From positions 1 through 64,000 of IMG/VR virus record IMGVR_UViG_3300029305_005185: a stretch of DNA of 64,000 nucleotides; one strand, given 5' to 3'. Each line of letters begins with the position of its first letter. The first letter of the stretch is position 1. The position numbers were made by a program, and so were the translations under genes. Shown piece after piece: positions 61,301 to 64,000 of the stretch. The DNA comes from a virus. Its lineage: Duplodnaviria > Caudoviricetes. The notes below the pieces were generated by a model, which searched no databases, was not told the origin of the DNA, and saw nothing but the letters and a program-made list of their open reading frames with translations.

Positions 61301-64000
61301 AGCAGATTCTAATTCATTATTTACTAAACCTAAAATAGCATTTTTAACCTATTGAGGAACTTCTTTCAACACTTCTGCATTTAGAAGTTCTTCACTAATA
61401 TTCCATACTCCACTGCCAGCGTAAGTTTCAGAAGTGTAAGCGCTTAAGTCAACACTCTCTCCAAGTAAAGATTGCAATTTTCCAAGATCGTCGGCACTAT
61501 AGCCAGCCAAGCCCTAAGAAGACAACATACTAAAGATTTCACGCTTATCTTCAGTAATTTTGTCAGCACCTTTAAAATTTCTTGCAGTCTAAGAAGCAAG
61601 AAGCGCTTTTGTTGCCTATTCAGATTGGTAATCTAATTCTGCCTAAATTGCCTCAACAGCTCCGTTACGGATAGTTGTCAAATAAGCTTCAATTGGCCCC
61701 TAAGCCTCATCAAAACTACCAATGGATTCTCGCTAAGAGTCTGTTAATCCTTCATACCAATCTTTCGCCGCCTAAGAGTACTATTCTAATAACTACTCGC
61801 GCTCACCCTCAGATGCTTCAGTAGCGAATTCCTCTCCACCAAAAGTATACTAATCTTGTTCTTTTAAAATAGCAAGCTATCTTGCTAGAGATTTATCTAA
61901 AACATCTGTAGTACTAAGTTTATAAGCTTCAGCTACTTCATTAATATTTTTTGCGTACCATTCACCGTTAATTAGCTTAAAAGCATCGGTAACATTTTCA
62001 TACCCCATCTTTTTAGCTATTTTATCAGCTGTTTCAAGGTCAGTACCTTCCGAAGCATCCTCTAAAGCCTATTTAGCAGTATCTAGTTCTGAAGTTAAGG
62101 TACTACCAAATGAACCATATTGAGTTATTAAATTTTCCGCATATATAGGCAAATCTTTTAATGGGTCAATAACACTCGCATCAACACCAATTTCTTCTAA
62201 TTGAGTAACTGCTTCTTCAACGCCTAAAGAAGAAGTAAGGTCAGCATCAGCGATAATTTTCTCTGCCTATGCTTTTAAATCACTGTCTTCTATATTAGCA
62301 AGACCAGTAATTATCTTAGTATAAGCATCTGCCATTGCCTATGCAGCTGCTGGGTCATCTTCACCAGCAATTTCTTCAACATATTCAGCATATTGATTTA
62401 ATTTATGCTAAATTGCTGTAGAAATTCTATTAGTCGCACCAGCTGTTTCATCCACTGAAATATTTCCTTCTTCGTCAACCTAGCCATATAATTTACTAAG
62501 TTTTTCCCAACGGCCTCCAGCAGATAAACGTTCTAATTTTGCCTATGCTCTTTGTATAGATTCATCTTCAGTTTCAGTTGCCTAATTATAATGTTCAAGC
62601 GCTAAAGCCAATTCTTTGCTGTCAGAATTCGCAGCGACTCCAAGTAAATTAGCAACCTTAGTGGTAAATGTATTTTCATCTAACATGCCAAGTTTTGCTT
62701 GTTCAATTAGTGAATTATACTTATCTACATTTTCACCTTCGGTTAGCATCTAAGCTAAAGATTCTGCCGTTGCCATGCGAACATCAGTTTTTTCGGTTAG
62801 CGTAGCAGCGGCTTCTGCCTTAATAAAACCTTCATCAGTAAAAATATTTTCATTTACTTCGCGTGTAATTTTATAAGCATCATTCTCACCAGAAGCAATA
62901 AAATCAGAAACAGCAGCCGCGATAACAACATCAGCCAAACCTTTTACATCATTAACGGCAGACTCACTATCTAAATTATATGACTATCCTAATCTGCTAT
63001 AATTCTCTAGAGAAGTTAACTAAGCCTATTCTAAATTTCTTTTATCCTTTCTTGAATCTAAAGCTAACTAACTCTAATTACCAAAAAATTCATTACGTTC
63101 TGCGTCTGTATATCCGGTAATTGCAGAGAAAATACTATCAAAAGTTTCTCTAGTTACACCAAAATTAGCATTATTAGCGGCTTCATTTCTTATTAAACTT
63201 AATAACTCTGCTTCTGTTGTCGCCGCTTGAAAGCCAGTCAATGACTCCTGAGAAGCTTTTGATAAATCAAATAAAGTAGAATATTTTTCCCATAATTTTA
63301 AATCTTCGTTATTTAAAGCCTATGAAAAATTCTTTATTTGTTCAATACTTAGTCCAGCGTCAGTAAGAGTTAAAATAGAATCAAGGAATCTGCCGCCTTC
63401 TGACCTATCAACAAGTGTTTCATAGCCATATTCTGCATTCGTTGCATAATAAGAACCGCCAAAAGCTTCTAGTAATGAAATCTATCCCCTAGATAGTGTC
63501 TCTTCATCTAAACTTCCCTATTCTCTGAGAGCTCTAAAAAGGCTTAGCTATTCTTCTTGAGTTATTTTAAATTCCTTACCATCTTTATCCCAATAAGAAA
63601 ACCCTTCAGTAAGAAAATCCATCCAAGTATTTTCATTAGAAAATTCAGCTGTTTTAGCTTTTTCCTAAAAAGCATCCATGAATGGAGTAAGAGCTGCGTC
63701 CGCCGCTTTTTGCTATTCTTCATTTTCCTTAACCGCTGCTTCAGCAGCAATAATTTGCGCCGCGGCCGCTTCATAAGCAGCCTATGCAGCAGCTTGTCTA
63801 GCATTTGTTAATTCTGCTTCAGCAGCTATTACACTAATAATAGCATTGCCTGCGGCATCTACACCAGAAGTTAATTCTGGAAAATTACTAGCAAAAGCAT
63901 TTTGAGCATCAATATAAGCCTATTGTGCTTCAAGACTATCGTATTGTTCAGATTCCAAACGTTTCAATTCATCTATAGAAGTCTATAGATTACTTGCTCG
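55346..64000 (-). CDS. tape measure protein (>2880 aa, 5' end outside window, many TAG)
   Basis: Seven track ORFs (55346, 56429, 57437, 58205, 58682, 60791, 62750) share one frame; Ala/Glu-rich helical composition; LVGELGPEL and YAKGG...GPAWVDGSKSKPERIL; gaps not exhaustively scanned. Confidence 0.8.

Noticed and set aside
49042-64000. Tail region as decayed pseudogenes of a cryptic prophage
   Set aside because: In the frames scanned the interruptions are exclusively TAG, with no frameshifts or TAA/TGA. Random decay would not produce this.
183-64000. TAG as pyrrolysine or occasional leaky read-through
   Set aside because: There are up to dozens of TAGs per gene, they align with Gln in paralogs and motifs, and no pyl genes are present in the window.
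1-64000. Suppressor tRNA(CUA) or release-factor gene
   Set aside because: I found no cloverleaf, GTTCGA T-arm in tRNA context or RF-like ORF by eye. They may lie elsewhere in the genome; a tRNAscan/ARAGORN run is needed.

Overview
This is a 64 kb piece of a large, AT-rich tailed dsDNA phage genome. The host is probably an anaerobic Firmicute, judged from sigmaA-type promoters, GGAGG/GAGGTGA RBSs, DnaE and NrdDG. The phage appears to read TAG as glutamine (translation table 15). Many fragments in the supplied ORF track share one frame, are separated only by TAG, and join into full genes: three tail-fibre-type genes, a Dit-like protein, a ~1490-aa tail-tip protein, a >2800-aa tape measure protein, a RuvC-like resolvase, a ClpP-like protease, a membrane-anchored GIY-YIG nuclease and two Cys-rich CxxxC-repeat proteins. 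The + strand replication and nucleotide-metabolism genes (ligase, RNase H, PhoH, topo II A/B, SSB, Sak4, DnaB, DnaG, RecJ, DnaE, NrdD/G, dUTPase) contain no TAG, end in TAA/TGA, and lie behind 13 near-consensus TTGAC(A/T)-N17-TA(T/A)AAT promoters. The most notable candidates are gene-by-gene TAG gating of late functions, paired CxxxC-repeat proteins resembling radical-SAM targets, a ~215-nt pseudoknotted non-coding element next to twin GCGAAGC hairpins, strong GCCGCG over-representation, a formate-channel homolog coupled to nrdDG, and an apparently inactivated radical-SAM homolog coupled to dnaE. No tRNA, CRISPR array or integrase was seen. All translations and counts were done by eye.
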